This document shows positions 49,006 through 59,911 of a stretch of 62,289 bases of DNA, piece after piece; within the stretch, counting starts at the first letter, position 1, and each line of letters starts with the position of its first letter. Made by a program: the position numbers and the translations under genes. Under the pieces are notes generated by a model. That model did no database searches and was not told the origin of the DNA. It was given only the letters and a program-made list of their open reading frames with translations. This DNA comes from a virus (lineage: Duplodnaviria > Caudoviricetes): the IMG/VR virus record IMGVR_UViG_3300006921_003544, positions 1-62,289 of that record. One strand, 5' to 3'.

Positions 49006-50487
49006 ATGGAATTAAAAAACTTACCGCAAGGGACGGTTAATGATGTCCCTAAGAAAAAGAAAATTTTATTATTATCAGATGACTTGAGAATGCACTCAGG
49101 CGTAGGAACCGTTTCACGTAATCTCGTGACTGGAACGTGCGACAAATATGATTGGGCTCAACTTGGAGGTGCAATCAAACATCCTGATGGAGGCAAAGTT
49201 GTAGATATTTCAAACGATCTTCGTAAAGAGTCGGGAGTACAAGATGCATATTGTAAAATTTATCCAACTAATGGATACGGAAATCCAGAGATATTACGAC
49301 AAGTAATGGAAATGGAAAAGCCTGACATGATTATACATTTCACAGATCCAAGATTTTGGGAATGGTTATATCAAATGGAACATGAATTAAGACAAACAAT
49401 ACCTTTAGGGTATCTAAATATTTGGGATGACTTACCTTTCCCTCATTGGAATGAAAATGCATACGAATCATGTGATTTACTAATGGCAATTTCAAAACAA
49501 ACATATAATATCAACAAACACGTTTGCCAAAGAAAGCCTAGGATAGAAGGGGTAGATTTGCAATACGTTCCTCATGGAATTGACGAAACAATATTCTACC
49601 CAATACATGAAGACCATCAGGAATGGAATAATATGCAGAACTTCAAGATGTCTTTACTCGAGAACCATTCAGATTGTGATATGATATTTACGTTTAATAG
49701 CAGAAATATCAGAAGAAAGATGGTATCAGATGCATTATTAGCATATCGATTGTTTTGCGACTCTTTATCAAAAGAGGACGCTGACAAATGCTTATTCTTA
49801 TTACACACCGATGTTGTAGATCCTAATGGAACAGATTTAGCAGCATGTGCACGAGCTATTTGTCCAGACTATAAGGTTGGATTCTCATCTCAAAAGATTG
49901 ACGCGACAACGCTAAACTACTTTTACAATATATCAGATTGTGGAGTAAATACCAGCTCAGCGGAAGGATTTGGGTTGAGTTGTATGGAAACTATAATGTC
50001 GGGAACTCCAGTAATTGTAAACACGACTGGTGGATTGCAAGATCAATGTGGTTTTACTAAAGATGACGGTTCTTTAATTAAAGAAACTGACTATAATGAT
50101 AAATGGCCTAGTAATAGTAACGGTCGATATAAAGAACATGGAGAGTGGGCTTTTCCAGTATGGCCACAAATAAACTTACAAGGTTCTCCACAAACTCCAT
50201 ATATCTATGATAGTAGAGCAAGTGTAATAGACATTGCAAAGCGAATGCGTGAGGTATATAAGTTAGGATCTGATGAAAGATCCAAGAGAGGTTTAGCAGG
50301 AAGAAAGTGGGCAATAAATAATGGATTCACAAAAGTTAGTATGTGCAATGATTTGGTACGCTCAATTGAAACATGTTTTGAGAACTTCAAACCGAGAACT
50401 CGTTTTGGTATGATGGATATGTCAACACCAGCACCAACATATCCTGCAGGTATAATTTTTGATAGTATAATAGAGGGAGATAAATAA
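49006..50487 (+). CDS. GT-B (GT4-like) glycosyltransferase
   Basis: SGVGTV, VPHGID, RNIRRK, EGFGLSCME, GGLQDQ. Confidence 0.85.
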   Translation: MELKNLPQGTVNDVPKKKKILLLSDDLRMHSGVGTVSRNLVTGTCDKYDWAQLGGAIKHPDGGKVVDISNDLRKESGVQDAYCKIYPTNGYGNPEILRQVMEMEKPDMIIHFTDPRFWEWLYQMEHELRQTIPLGYLNIWDDLPFPHWNENAYESCDLLMAISKQTYNINKHVCQRKPRIEGVDLQYVPHGIDETIFYPIHEDHQEWNNMQNFKMSLLENHSDCDMIFTFNSRNIRRKMVSDALLAYRLFCDSLSKEDADKCLFLLHTDVVDPNGTDLAACARAICPDYKVGFSSQKIDATTLNYFYNISDCGVNTSSAEGFGLSCMETIMSGTPVIVNTTGGLQDQCGFTKDDGSLIKETDYNDKWPSNSNGRYKEHGEWAFPVWPQINLQGSPQTPYIYDSRASVIDIAKRMREVYKLGSDERSKRGLAGRKWAINNGFTKVSMCNDLVRSIETCFENFKPRTRFGMMDMSTPAPTYPAGIIFDSIIEGDK

Positions 50488-51776
50488 TGAGACCGTTTTT
50501 AATATTTCAAGGACCAGTAGCAACAAGATCAGGATATGGAGACCATGCGAGAGATTTACTTAGAAGTTTAATTGCCATGGATAAATATGATATAAAAGTG
50601 ATTAGTTTGAGGTGGGGTAGTACTCCAATGAATGCACTTACTGAAGATGATAAAGACATTAGCGATTTAATACATCATCAGTCAAGTGGTAATATCCCAA
50701 AGCCTGACATCTTTGTACAACTATCAGTGCCGAATGAATTCCAACCACTAGGACATTATAATATAGGAATAACAGCTGGTATGGAAACGACGTTAGTGCA
50801 CGAAGAATGGATTCAAGGATGTAATAGAATGAATCTTGTAATAGTACCGTCAAAGCATTCAAAGCAAGTATTTATAGACACAGTATATTCACGAATGGAG
50901 AATGGTGTAGAGACAGCAAAATTGCAAGTTACAACGCCAATAGAAGTCTTACTTGAAGGTGTTGATCTAAATACGTATTTTCAAACTGATGAAATTGAAC
51001 CATCTATATCATCTACATTAGATGCGATACCAGAAGACTTTTGCTTCTTGCAAATGGGACACTGGCTAGCAGGTGATCATACACACGATCGAAAAGATAT
51101 AGGAGGGTGTGTAGAATCATTTTGTAAAGCTTTCAATGATAAAAAGACAAGACCAGCGATGATATTGAAGACATCACACGCAACATTTAGTGTGATTGAT
51201 AGAGAGCAGATGCTACAGAAGATCCGAAATATTAGAAATACATTCTCAAATCCACCAAATATATATTTTCTCCACGGAGAGCTAACAGATCAAGAGGTCA
51301 ATTCATTATACAATCATCCAAAAGTAAAAGCAATGGTATCATTTACACATGGTGAAGGATATGGAAGACCGCTAGCTGAATTTAGTACTAGTGGAAAACC
51401 AATCATAGCAACATGGTGGTCAGGACATAAAGATTTCTTAAAACACTCAGTCAGACTTGTCGGTCAATTAGCTGAAGTACATGAAAGTGCAGTTTGGGAT
51501 AAAGTCATACTAAAACAATCTCAATGGTTTTATGTAAATTATAAGTTTGCAATCAAGACTATGAAGGATGTATTTAATAATTATAAAAAAGTATTAGAAA
51601 TAGGACGTAGACAACGTCATTATATCAATAAGATGGGCAATATGGACGTCATGACTAAAATATTTAAGGAAATATTAAAGAAGCATATTCCACAACAATC
51701 TCAACAAATGGAGATGAAATTGCCGTCGTTTGATTCAGTGGAGTTACCAACTCTACAAAAAGCGGGAGAAAAATAA
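50487..51776 (+). CDS. GT-B (GT4-like) glycosyltransferase
   Basis: SGYG, VPSKHS, DRKD, GEGYGRPLAE, SGHKDF. Confidence 0.85.
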   Translation: MRPFLIFQGPVATRSGYGDHARDLLRSLIAMDKYDIKVISLRWGSTPMNALTEDDKDISDLIHHQSSGNIPKPDIFVQLSVPNEFQPLGHYNIGITAGMETTLVHEEWIQGCNRMNLVIVPSKHSKQVFIDTVYSRMENGVETAKLQVTTPIEVLLEGVDLNTYFQTDEIEPSISSTLDAIPEDFCFLQMGHWLAGDHTHDRKDIGGCVESFCKAFNDKKTRPAMILKTSHATFSVIDREQMLQKIRNIRNTFSNPPNIYFLHGELTDQEVNSLYNHPKVKAMVSFTHGEGYGRPLAEFSTSGKPIIATWWSGHKDFLKHSVRLVGQLAEVHESAVWDKVILKQSQWFYVNYKFAIKTMKDVFNNYKKVLEIGRRQRHYINKMGNMDVMTKIFKEILKKHIPQQSQQMEMKLPSFDSVELPTLQKAGEK

Positions 51777-52243
51777 TGAGCAGAGTAAAAATAACATGTC
51801 CAGTAGATGGATTAGGTAATTGTTTCCAAGAGAGATTGGATGAAGGTGATACATATATGTCATTCGATTGTGGATACGCATCTAATGAACATTATAAAAT
51901 AGGATCAGAAGCAGTGGAAGCTGTACTATCAAAAGCACCACAATTGGTTCAAGATTTAGCATTCGAAGATGAAGCAAGAGGGATTGTCTGGATCCCATCA
52001 GTAATACAAATTCCAAATAAAGGTATAGTATTCCCCGATGGTGAAAACAAAGATAGGTGGGGATATAGATTTGCAGCAGAAATAGAGATCCCAGAAGATG
52101 AACAAAAGGATTGGCCAATTGAAGGAAAAGACGGTGAATTCTATAAAGCTAGATTAGATATGGAAAATAGTACATCATACGAAAGTTGGCAGTTTGCAGA
52201 CGCAATTGCTAATTTAGGATTAGTATTAGATGAGGTAAAATAA
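51776..52243 (+). CDS. Hypothetical protein
   Basis: 155-aa ORF, TAATG-coupled. Confidence 0.6.
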   Translation: MSRVKITCPVDGLGNCFQERLDEGDTYMSFDCGYASNEHYKIGSEAVEAVLSKAPQLVQDLAFEDEARGIVWIPSVIQIPNKGIVFPDGENKDRWGYRFAAEIEIPEDEQKDWPIEGKDGEFYKARLDMENSTSYESWQFADAIANLGLVLDEVK

Positions 52244-52863
52244 TGCATCCAGGAATACATTCTAAAGTAAAATTTTCATTAAATAAGACAAAGGTACAAC
52301 CGGGAATGATTGTTGAATTCATGTACCAAAGCTCGTATAATAGAACTGGAAAGAGACCAACAGGTCCGAGAAACGTAAAACGGTTACTATGGGTTTTGGA
52401 TCCATATTTTGGAAGACAGCAAGGTGGAGGAGATGATGTAGATTCTCGTGGATTTTATATGTGGGGAATAGATTTAGAAAAAATATCAGCACCTCTATTC
52501 GTCCAGTTAGGACCAAAGAAATATGGTATTGAGTATTGGGGACCAAAACCAGGAGAACCAATTGCAAAAGGATCATCGGTAAAACAGACTCTAAAGTTTC
52601 CACATATTATTCCAATCATCGATGTCCCAGGACAGAATGGCCAAGCTAAATGGGCAGCTATTAAAGGTCAAAAAATGTTAGTAGAGAATTATAGAAGTTA
52701 CGATATTGATAGAATCAAAGGGTGTCAGGTAGTGCAATATAATTTTACTGATTCAAAATTCAAGGTCAACCTATCAGGAAAGTCTACAACATCTATGCCA
52801 AAAACGGGTGATGTAGATATAGGAAAAGGTGCATCTTCAAAATTTACTGCAGGATTACAATAA
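52243..52863 (+). CDS. Hypothetical basic protein, weak resemblance to T4 gp2 DNA end protector
   Basis: PGMIVEFMY...WGIDL...YRSY pattern; resemblance only. Confidence 0.4.
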   Translation: MHPGIHSKVKFSLNKTKVQPGMIVEFMYQSSYNRTGKRPTGPRNVKRLLWVLDPYFGRQQGGGDDVDSRGFYMWGIDLEKISAPLFVQLGPKKYGIEYWGPKPGEPIAKGSSVKQTLKFPHIIPIIDVPGQNGQAKWAAIKGQKMLVENYRSYDIDRIKGCQVVQYNFTDSKFKVNLSGKSTTSMPKTGDVDIGKGASSKFTAGLQ

Positions 52864-52876
52864 AAGGAAATAGGTT

Positions 52877-53500
52877 ATGAAAATCAGTTATGCGATACTG
52901 GCATGTAATGAAGCTAAAGAGCTGAATGAGCTCCTAACAGCATTAGTTACAGATATCAGAAAGTTAGATGAAATTATAGTTGTATTGGATGAAACTAATC
53001 ACAGTAAAAAAGTACAATTCGTATGTGAATCATATGCTAGAGATAATTCTCTACAATGGTTTACACATCCTCTTAATAAAGACTTTGCAGCACAAAAGAA
53101 TTTTCTAACAAGTAAGTGTTCTGGAGATTGGATTATAAATTTAGATGCAGATGAGTTGCTAACACCAGATTTAATTCGTATATTACCACAAATAATCGAA
53201 ATGAATGAAGAAGTGGATGCTGTGTGGATGCCAAGGATAAATACTGTAGAAGGAATAACACCAGAACATGTTGAAAAATGGAATTGGCAATTAAATGATA
53301 AAGGTTGGATCAATTGGCCAGATGCGCAAATGAGAATGTATAGGAATAACGGATTTATAAAATGGACACAACCTGTACATGAAAGGTTAGTAGGACATAA
53401 GTCTTTTGGTAGACTTCCATTCGATCCAAAATATGCTATACATCATCACAAGACAATTTCAAAGCAAGAATTGCAAAACGAATTTTATAGAGGAATATAA
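52877..53500 (+). CDS. GT2-family glycosyltransferase
   Basis: ISYAI..CNE, DFAAQKN, LDADE, WPD.Q.R, VHE. Confidence 0.88.
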   Translation: MKISYAILACNEAKELNELLTALVTDIRKLDEIIVVLDETNHSKKVQFVCESYARDNSLQWFTHPLNKDFAAQKNFLTSKCSGDWIINLDADELLTPDLIRILPQIIEMNEEVDAVWMPRINTVEGITPEHVEKWNWQLNDKGWINWPDAQMRMYRNNGFIKWTQPVHERLVGHKSFGRLPFDPKYAIHHHKTISKQELQNEFYRGI

Positions 53501-54375
53501 TGAAAGATTTGGTTATAGGTGCAATTGGTGATTACCAATTCGATCAAATTCAAAATTGGGTAAATTCATTAAATCAAAGTGGATTCGAAGGAGATAAGAT
53601 TTTGATATCGTACAATTCGAATCAAGAGCTTGTTGAGAAATTAACTGAAAACGGTATCGAAGTTTACAGCATGCATGCTGATGCTAAAGGACAACGAGTA
53701 GAACGATTTATAACGAATAGTGGTGAAGTAAATGCATCAAATGCTCATTTATTGGTACATAATGTAAGATTCTTTCACATGTGGCAATTATTAAAACAAT
53801 TTCAAACAGAAGGACGAACATTCAAAAGAATAATCCACACAGATGTAAGAGATGTTATATTTCAAAATAACCCAAGTGATTGGTTAGATATGAATATGAG
53901 ATCTGAAATTGTATCACCATCAGAAAGTGTAAAGTATTGGGATGAACCTTGGAATAGAGATAATTTTAGAAGATCGTTTGGAGATGTAACTTTTATGTTC
54001 CAAGCTCATGAAATGTTAGTATCCAATGTTGGATCATTTGCAGCTAAATATGATACTGGAATTGATCTATGCCTTCACATATACTTGCTAACAGTCGGAC
54101 AGTGGCACACAGATCAACCAGCTTTCAATCTTATAGTCAATACTGTATATAAGGATAGAACTCAGTGGGCAGGAACGAAAGAGCATTGGGCTGCACAAAT
54201 AGGAGCTTTGATTGAAGCTAGACCTAAACTAGGAGATGCAGTTTTAGAACCAGCTCCAACAATGAATGAGGATGGATTAGTAGTAAACGAAAATGGTAAT
54301 GTATTTCCACTACTACATCAATATGAACGAGTACCTGGATGGTATGATAAACTTACGGAAAAATATTCAAAATGA
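53500..54375 (+). CDS. GT-A-like putative glycosyltransferase
   Basis: TDVRDVIFQ.NP, DQPAFN, HQYER; cluster context. Confidence 0.6.
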   Translation: MKDLVIGAIGDYQFDQIQNWVNSLNQSGFEGDKILISYNSNQELVEKLTENGIEVYSMHADAKGQRVERFITNSGEVNASNAHLLVHNVRFFHMWQLLKQFQTEGRTFKRIIHTDVRDVIFQNNPSDWLDMNMRSEIVSPSESVKYWDEPWNRDNFRRSFGDVTFMFQAHEMLVSNVGSFAAKYDTGIDLCLHIYLLTVGQWHTDQPAFNLIVNTVYKDRTQWAGTKEHWAAQIGALIEARPKLGDAVLEPAPTMNEDGLVVNENGNVFPLLHQYERVPGWYDKLTEKYSK

Positions 54376-55070
54376 AGTATTCGATTATAATCACATATAG
54401 GGATCGTGAGGAACATCTTAAAAAATTACTACCACGATTAGAGGAAAGATTCAAAGGAACAGAATATGAGATCATTATATCAGAACAGTTGAGTGATGGT
54501 AAATTTAGAAAAAATACATTATACAATATAGCAGGTGATTATGCAAAAGGCGACACTCTAATATTTCACGATGTAGACCACTACCCATCAGATAATGTAT
54601 CGTATGATGTTGTAGATAATAAGCCAACATATCCAGTTAGGAATGTTGTGTTTTTAGATAAAGATGATCAACCGGTAGGAAGAATGCATGTGCCATTAGG
54701 GTATAATAATTTTCACATTGATGTGGGTGATCACTCTGGAGGAGTATTTATTCTTTCACGTGAGCATTGGAATACAATGAAAGGTCTGAATTCAATGTAT
54801 GTTGGTTGGGGTAAAGAAGATGATGATACCCGTGCAAGAGCTCGACATAAACTGCAAACGGATTGGCATAGAAATAAAGATGGAAAATTTTACGCATTCC
54901 ATCATGAAGACAATAAACCACTAGACACGGATCCAGACTTCATAAATAATGAAAAACTTCTACATGAAGGTGGACAATATGCAGATGTTGATTTCAGAAT
55001 AGAAGATTCTAAAGAACAATTTGATATACATAATAACGGACGAATAGTATGGATAAAAGTACATATATAG
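54372..55070 (+). CDS. GT7-like (beta-1,4-galactosyltransferase-type) glycosyltransferase
   Basis: YRDREEHL, FHDVD, GG, GWGKEDDD. Confidence 0.85.
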   Translation: MKYSIIITYRDREEHLKKLLPRLEERFKGTEYEIIISEQLSDGKFRKNTLYNIAGDYAKGDTLIFHDVDHYPSDNVSYDVVDNKPTYPVRNVVFLDKDDQPVGRMHVPLGYNNFHIDVGDHSGGVFILSREHWNTMKGLNSMYVGWGKEDDDTRARARHKLQTDWHRNKDGKFYAFHHEDNKPLDTDPDFINNEKLLHEGGQYADVDFRIEDSKEQFDIHNNGRIVWIKVHI

Positions 55071-57043
55071 CAACACCGACAACGACGGATACTAGTAAGA
55101 AATTAGTATATATGTTTGAACTATCAGATGTGATGGCTGATCAAGTATACCTCCCATACTCATCCGGACTAGTTTGGTCTTATCTACAAAAAGATAAAAA
55201 TCTACGGGATAATTACCAATTAGGAGATTATTTTTACCACAATGATGAAGTGGAAACAATCATATCTAAAATTAAAGATCCGGATGTATTAGCATTCTCA
55301 AGCTTCTTATGGAATTGGAATGTAAATAATGAAATAGCAAAGGAAGTAAAAAGAAGATATCCAAATTGCTTAATTATCTTTGGTGGCCAACACCAACCGT
55401 TACCAGATAGACAGCAAGATTTCTTTAGAGAATATCCGTGGTGTGATATCATGGTGCATGGAGAAGGTGAGATCACATTTGCAGAAATTCTGACAGAACA
55501 TCTTAACGATATTCCGAATTATAATGGAATTCCAGGAACCTCAATACAATGTAAAGAAACAAAGGATAGAATTAAAGCACCAGCAAGATCTCGAATCCAG
55601 GAATTACATGATATGCCTAGTCCATATTTAGATGGATTATTTGATTGGTTAGTTGAAAAGAATGAGAAGGATAATACTGGATTGACATTCCATGCAACAA
55701 TAGAAGGTACTCGTGGATGTCCATATTCATGTGCATTCTGTGAGATGTCTGGAAAATACTATCAGAAACTGAAATCGAATTATGGTCCCAAGTTCTTTGC
55801 AGAAATAGATTGGCTATCTAAAAATAAAATAGAATATGTAACAGATGCAAATTCTAATTTTGGAATATTCTATGATGAAGATACTAAAATTGCAAACTAT
55901 GTACTAGACAAAAAAGCAGAAACTGGATTTCCACAAGCATATAGAGTCACGTGGGCAAAAGGAAAAGCTGAGAAACTTCTAGAGCTAGCAAAGATTCTGC
56001 AGGATGGAGATTTACAAAAAGGAATGACGGTTGCTCTACAATCGTTCAGTAAGAAAGCGCTTAATGCTATCAAACGACGAAATATAGTTGAAGATAAATT
56101 AGAAGAAACTATTCAATTGTATGAATCGAAAGGCATATCTAGCTACATAGAATTGATATGGGGACTCCCTGGAGAAACATTGGAATCATTTATTGATGGG
56201 ATGGCTACTGTACCTGAGTTGGGATACCACAATTATTTAGATTGTCATTTGCTATCTGCACTTCCTAATACTCCTTTCGGTGAGCCAGCATATATAGCGG
56301 AGCATGGAATCAAGTGGGTAGAAACACAACCAAGATTTGCACATGTTGATATATCGACAAGATCTGAAAAGACAGCAACGATGTCAGAAAAATTTGTAAT
56401 AGCAACTAACGACATGTCGGCAGAAGATTACGTAGACGGCCATCAGTTTAGATGGTTATTGATATTTGGACATTATTTAGGATGCACACAGTTTATAGCT
56501 AGATTCATAACAAAACAATACAACATAACATACAAAGAGTTCTACACAAGACTAATGTCATATTGTATACACAATCCAGATACATTTATCGGTAAAGAAT
56601 ATTTAATGGTAAAGAATGACCTACATGAAACATTATACAATAATAGACATTGGGGAACTGTCATAGATGAGATATCGCCAATAAATTGGCTACCAGATGA
56701 AGCAACAGCAATTAAAGTTGCAATGGATCATGATAGTTTTCTAGATGATATGAGATGCTTTATATTGACATTAAACTTAGAAATTGAAGATGATTTATTA
56801 AATGATGTATTAAAATATCAAGACGATAGATTAGTGACATATAAAAAGACGTATCCATTCACGGAACCATTCAAATATAATATACATGATGTTATAGAAA
56901 ATGATCAACAACTTTGCATCAATAATCAGAAATTAGAATTTGATGGACCGACCTACGACGGACCTTTCAACTTTGCTCAGCAAGTAGTATGGTATGGACG
57001 AAGAGTTGCAAGATATAAAGCAAAAGTAAAGAAGGTATATTAG
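55049..57043 (+). CDS. Cobalamin-binding radical SAM enzyme (class B methyltransferase-like)
   Basis: N-terminal B12-binding block (FSSFLWN, IIFGG, GEGE); TRGCPYSCAFC; DANSNFG; GLPGET. Confidence 0.85.
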   Translation: MDKSTYIATPTTTDTSKKLVYMFELSDVMADQVYLPYSSGLVWSYLQKDKNLRDNYQLGDYFYHNDEVETIISKIKDPDVLAFSSFLWNWNVNNEIAKEVKRRYPNCLIIFGGQHQPLPDRQQDFFREYPWCDIMVHGEGEITFAEILTEHLNDIPNYNGIPGTSIQCKETKDRIKAPARSRIQELHDMPSPYLDGLFDWLVEKNEKDNTGLTFHATIEGTRGCPYSCAFCEMSGKYYQKLKSNYGPKFFAEIDWLSKNKIEYVTDANSNFGIFYDEDTKIANYVLDKKAETGFPQAYRVTWAKGKAEKLLELAKILQDGDLQKGMTVALQSFSKKALNAIKRRNIVEDKLEETIQLYESKGISSYIELIWGLPGETLESFIDGMATVPELGYHNYLDCHLLSALPNTPFGEPAYIAEHGIKWVETQPRFAHVDISTRSEKTATMSEKFVIATNDMSAEDYVDGHQFRWLLIFGHYLGCTQFIARFITKQYNITYKEFYTRLMSYCIHNPDTFIGKEYLMVKNDLHETLYNNRHWGTVIDEISPINWLPDEATAIKVAMDHDSFLDDMRCFILTLNLEIEDDLLNDVLKYQDDRLVTYKKTYPFTEPFKYNIHDVIENDQQLCINNQKLEFDGPTYDGPFNFAQQVVWYGRRVARYKAKVKKVY

Positions 57044-57784
57044 ATGAAGCAAATTAGAAATTGGTTAAATGATTATTTAATTGAAAATAACTTAAAAACA
57101 TTTGTAATAGGAATATCAGGTGGTATCGATTCTGCATTAACATCTACAATATGTGCAGAAACGGGACTAAACACTATCGTAGTTTCAATGCCAATACATC
57201 AACATCCAGATCAACTATCTAGAGCTCATAGACATATTAAATGGCTAAAGGATAAGTACAGCAACGTTTCAAGTATAGAGATAAATTTATCACATGTATA
57301 TGATACTTTTGAAATGATGTTTGCTGATAATGAAAACAAACTTGCATTGGCAAACTCAAGAGCAAGATTAAGAATGACTACTTTATATCAAATAGCTCAA
57401 ACTAATAATGGATTAGTAGTAGGAACGGGAAACAAGGTAGAAGATTTCGGAGTTGGATTCTTTACAAAATATGGTGATGGAGGAGTTGATATATCTCCAA
57501 TAGCTGATTTAATGAAATCGGAAGTTAGAGAGATGGCGAAGGAGTTAGAAATTATAGATGAGATTATCAAAGCTAAACCAACAGATGGTTTATGGGGAGA
57601 TGATCGGACAGATGAAGACCAATTAGGTGCAACATATGATGAGTTGGAATGGGCAATGGGATATGAAGAAGGCTTTACATTATCAGAAAGACAACAAGAA
57701 GTTTTAGATATATACAATAAATTTAATAAACAGAACCAACACAAAATGGTAAATATACCAGTTTGTAAAATAAGGAGAGCGTAA
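57044..57784 (+). CDS. nadE: NH3-dependent NAD+ synthetase
   Basis: GISGGIDSA, NSRARLRM, GTGNKVE, FFTKYGDG, PTDGLW, TDEDQLG, HK. Confidence 0.92.
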   Translation: MKQIRNWLNDYLIENNLKTFVIGISGGIDSALTSTICAETGLNTIVVSMPIHQHPDQLSRAHRHIKWLKDKYSNVSSIEINLSHVYDTFEMMFADNENKLALANSRARLRMTTLYQIAQTNNGLVVGTGNKVEDFGVGFFTKYGDGGVDISPIADLMKSEVREMAKELEIIDEIIKAKPTDGLWGDDRTDEDQLGATYDELEWAMGYEEGFTLSERQQEVLDIYNKFNKQNQHKMVNIPVCKIRRA

Positions 57785-57785
57785 A

Positions 57786-59018
57786 ATGAATGTAGGTTTT
57801 ATAGGATTAGGGAAATTAGGATTACCTTGTGCATTAGTGATTGATAGCAAAGGACATAATGTATTTGGATATGATATCAATCCACAAGTAAAAGATATAT
57901 TAGATACAGGAGAGATCCCATATAGGGAAGCAGGAACACCGGAATTATTACAAAACCATAACATACAATGGTCAAGCGTATCAGATGTAGTATCTAATTC
58001 AGATATTATATTTGTACCAATACAAACACCTCATGACGAGAGATTTGAAGGAACAACAAGACTACCAGAAGAAAGAGTAGATTTTGACTACACATATCTT
58101 AAAGCAGGTATGAAATCATTATCAGACGAAATTGAGAAACAGGGTGAAGATAAGATTGTTATAATCATATCAACAGTTCTACCAGGTACTGTTCGTAGAG
58201 AGATTAAACCTTTATTAAGTAGGCATGTAAAATTATGTTACAATCCATTCTTCATTGCAATGGGTACTACAAGACACGATTTTGAAAATCCTGAGTTTGT
58301 TTTATTCGGAATGGATGATGAGGAAGCGTATGACAAAGCAAAAGAATTATATGCAACAGTTCATGATAAACCAGTTTATAAATGTACCATTGAAGAAGCT
58401 GAAATGATTAAAGTAACATATAATACTTACATCACAATGAAAATTTGTTTAGCTAATGTAGTCATGGAAGCATCTCATAAATTAGATAATGTAAATTGTG
58501 ATAATGTTATGAAGGGATTATTTTTAGGAACAGAAAGATTGATAAGCTCTAAATATCTTATAGGTGGTATGGGAGATGGTGGAGGATGTCATCCTAGAGA
58601 TAATATTGCTTTATCATGGATGGCTAAGAAATTAGATATGAGATATGACTGGTATGAAAATCTAATGATCTGCAGAGAAGAGCAGACAGAATGGCTAGCA
58701 GATCTAATTATCGAGTATAAAAGTGACATGCCAATAACTATATTAGGAAAGTGTTTCAAGAAAGAAACGAATCTTACAGTTGGTAGTCCTTCTATCTTAC
58801 TTAAAAATTTATTAGAAGAAAGAGGTGAACAAGTTGATATGTATGATCCTTGGGTAGATGATCACGATATAGAGCTAACAGAACAATGTTATTTCATTGG
58901 AACAAATCACGATAAATTTCTAGATTATAAATTCCCACCAGGAGCAGTTGTTATCGATCCTTGGAGAATGATTGAAAAGCAAGATGGAGTTGCTGTAATA
59001 AGTGTAGGAAAATCATAG
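57786..59018 (+). CDS. UDP-glucose/GDP-mannose dehydrogenase family protein
   Basis: GLGKLG, QTP, STVLPGT, AEMIK, GGGCHPRD, FKKET. Confidence 0.9.
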   Translation: MNVGFIGLGKLGLPCALVIDSKGHNVFGYDINPQVKDILDTGEIPYREAGTPELLQNHNIQWSSVSDVVSNSDIIFVPIQTPHDERFEGTTRLPEERVDFDYTYLKAGMKSLSDEIEKQGEDKIVIIISTVLPGTVRREIKPLLSRHVKLCYNPFFIAMGTTRHDFENPEFVLFGMDDEEAYDKAKELYATVHDKPVYKCTIEEAEMIKVTYNTYITMKICLANVVMEASHKLDNVNCDNVMKGLFLGTERLISSKYLIGGMGDGGGCHPRDNIALSWMAKKLDMRYDWYENLMICREEQTEWLADLIIEYKSDMPITILGKCFKKETNLTVGSPSILLKNLLEERGEQVDMYDPWVDDHDIELTEQCYFIGTNHDKFLDYKFPPGAVVIDPWRMIEKQDGVAVISVGKS

Positions 59019-59911
59019 TGAGCAAACATAAAATATATTTATACAATCCAGGAAATTTTGGAGATCAGGAATTTCAAGGAGTTTGGCCAAACACCCACAG
59101 TCCTGAAATCGAATGGAGCAGATCTCCTCAAGATATAGCTGTATTCATAGATTCAGATGGACAGCACCATTGGGATGGAAGTAGATGGTTTCTTCCAAAC
59201 TTGCATAACGCTTATAACGAAGCAAATGCAAAGCTAAATATATTTGTTTTAATTGAACCTAGAGAACTTTGTCCTAGAAATTATGAATGGGTATTACAAT
59301 ACAAAGATTTCTTCAATGTAATATACACACCATATCCAGACTTCGGTGATGGATCTAGTAAATTTGTATATTGGAAAGGTGTTGGTAGAACTTACGTCCC
59401 AGAACAACATAGACAGATATATCCGAAGTTCAAAAATATAGCAGCTATATTTTCTGATCAGATGATAAACAACATGGATGGGTATACACTGAGACGTGAT
59501 ATAAAACAATCAGCAGTTCTCTTTCCAAGAGTAGACTTTAATAATCCACTAGAACTTTGGAATAAGCATGAGGGAGTAAAAGATTATAGGTATGAAATCG
59601 TAGTTAAGAATGAAGACTATCCAACATTTCAAGAAAAACTGATCGATTGTTTATTAGTAGGATCTATTCCAATTTACTGGACTTCGAAAACAGACTATCT
59701 GGAAGGAATATTTGATTTAGATGGTTTCGTTTTCTTTGAAAGTATTCAACAATTAGAACAAATGATCCGTGATGGTTTGTTTACGGCAGAACATTATGAA
59801 TCTAAAAAGAAAGCAATCGAATACAATTTCAATGCCGCGAAAAACTATACTTCTCTTGGGGACACTTTACTAAACCAAGGTATGAGAGAGCTAATCGAGA
59901 ATTCAAAATGA
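59018..59911 (+). CDS. GT10-like (fucosyltransferase-type) glycosyltransferase
   Basis: YRYEIVVKN...EKLIDCLLVGSIPIYW; GTG start overlaps the upstream TAG. Confidence 0.65.
   Translation: MSKHKIYLYNPGNFGDQEFQGVWPNTHSPEIEWSRSPQDIAVFIDSDGQHHWDGSRWFLPNLHNAYNEANAKLNIFVLIEPRELCPRNYEWVLQYKDFFNVIYTPYPDFGDGSSKFVYWKGVGRTYVPEQHRQIYPKFKNIAAIFSDQMINNMDGYTLRRDIKQSAVLFPRVDFNNPLELWNKHEGVKDYRYEIVVKNEDYPTFQEKLIDCLLVGSIPIYWTSKTDYLEGIFDLDGFVFFESIQQLEQMIRDGLFTAEHYESKKKAIEYNFNAAKNYTSLGDTLLNQGMRELIENSK

Noticed and set aside
57044-57784. NadE as the missing QueC
   Set aside because: It shares only the SGGxDS loop; it has NadE-specific motifs and lacks the QueC Zn-binding cysteines
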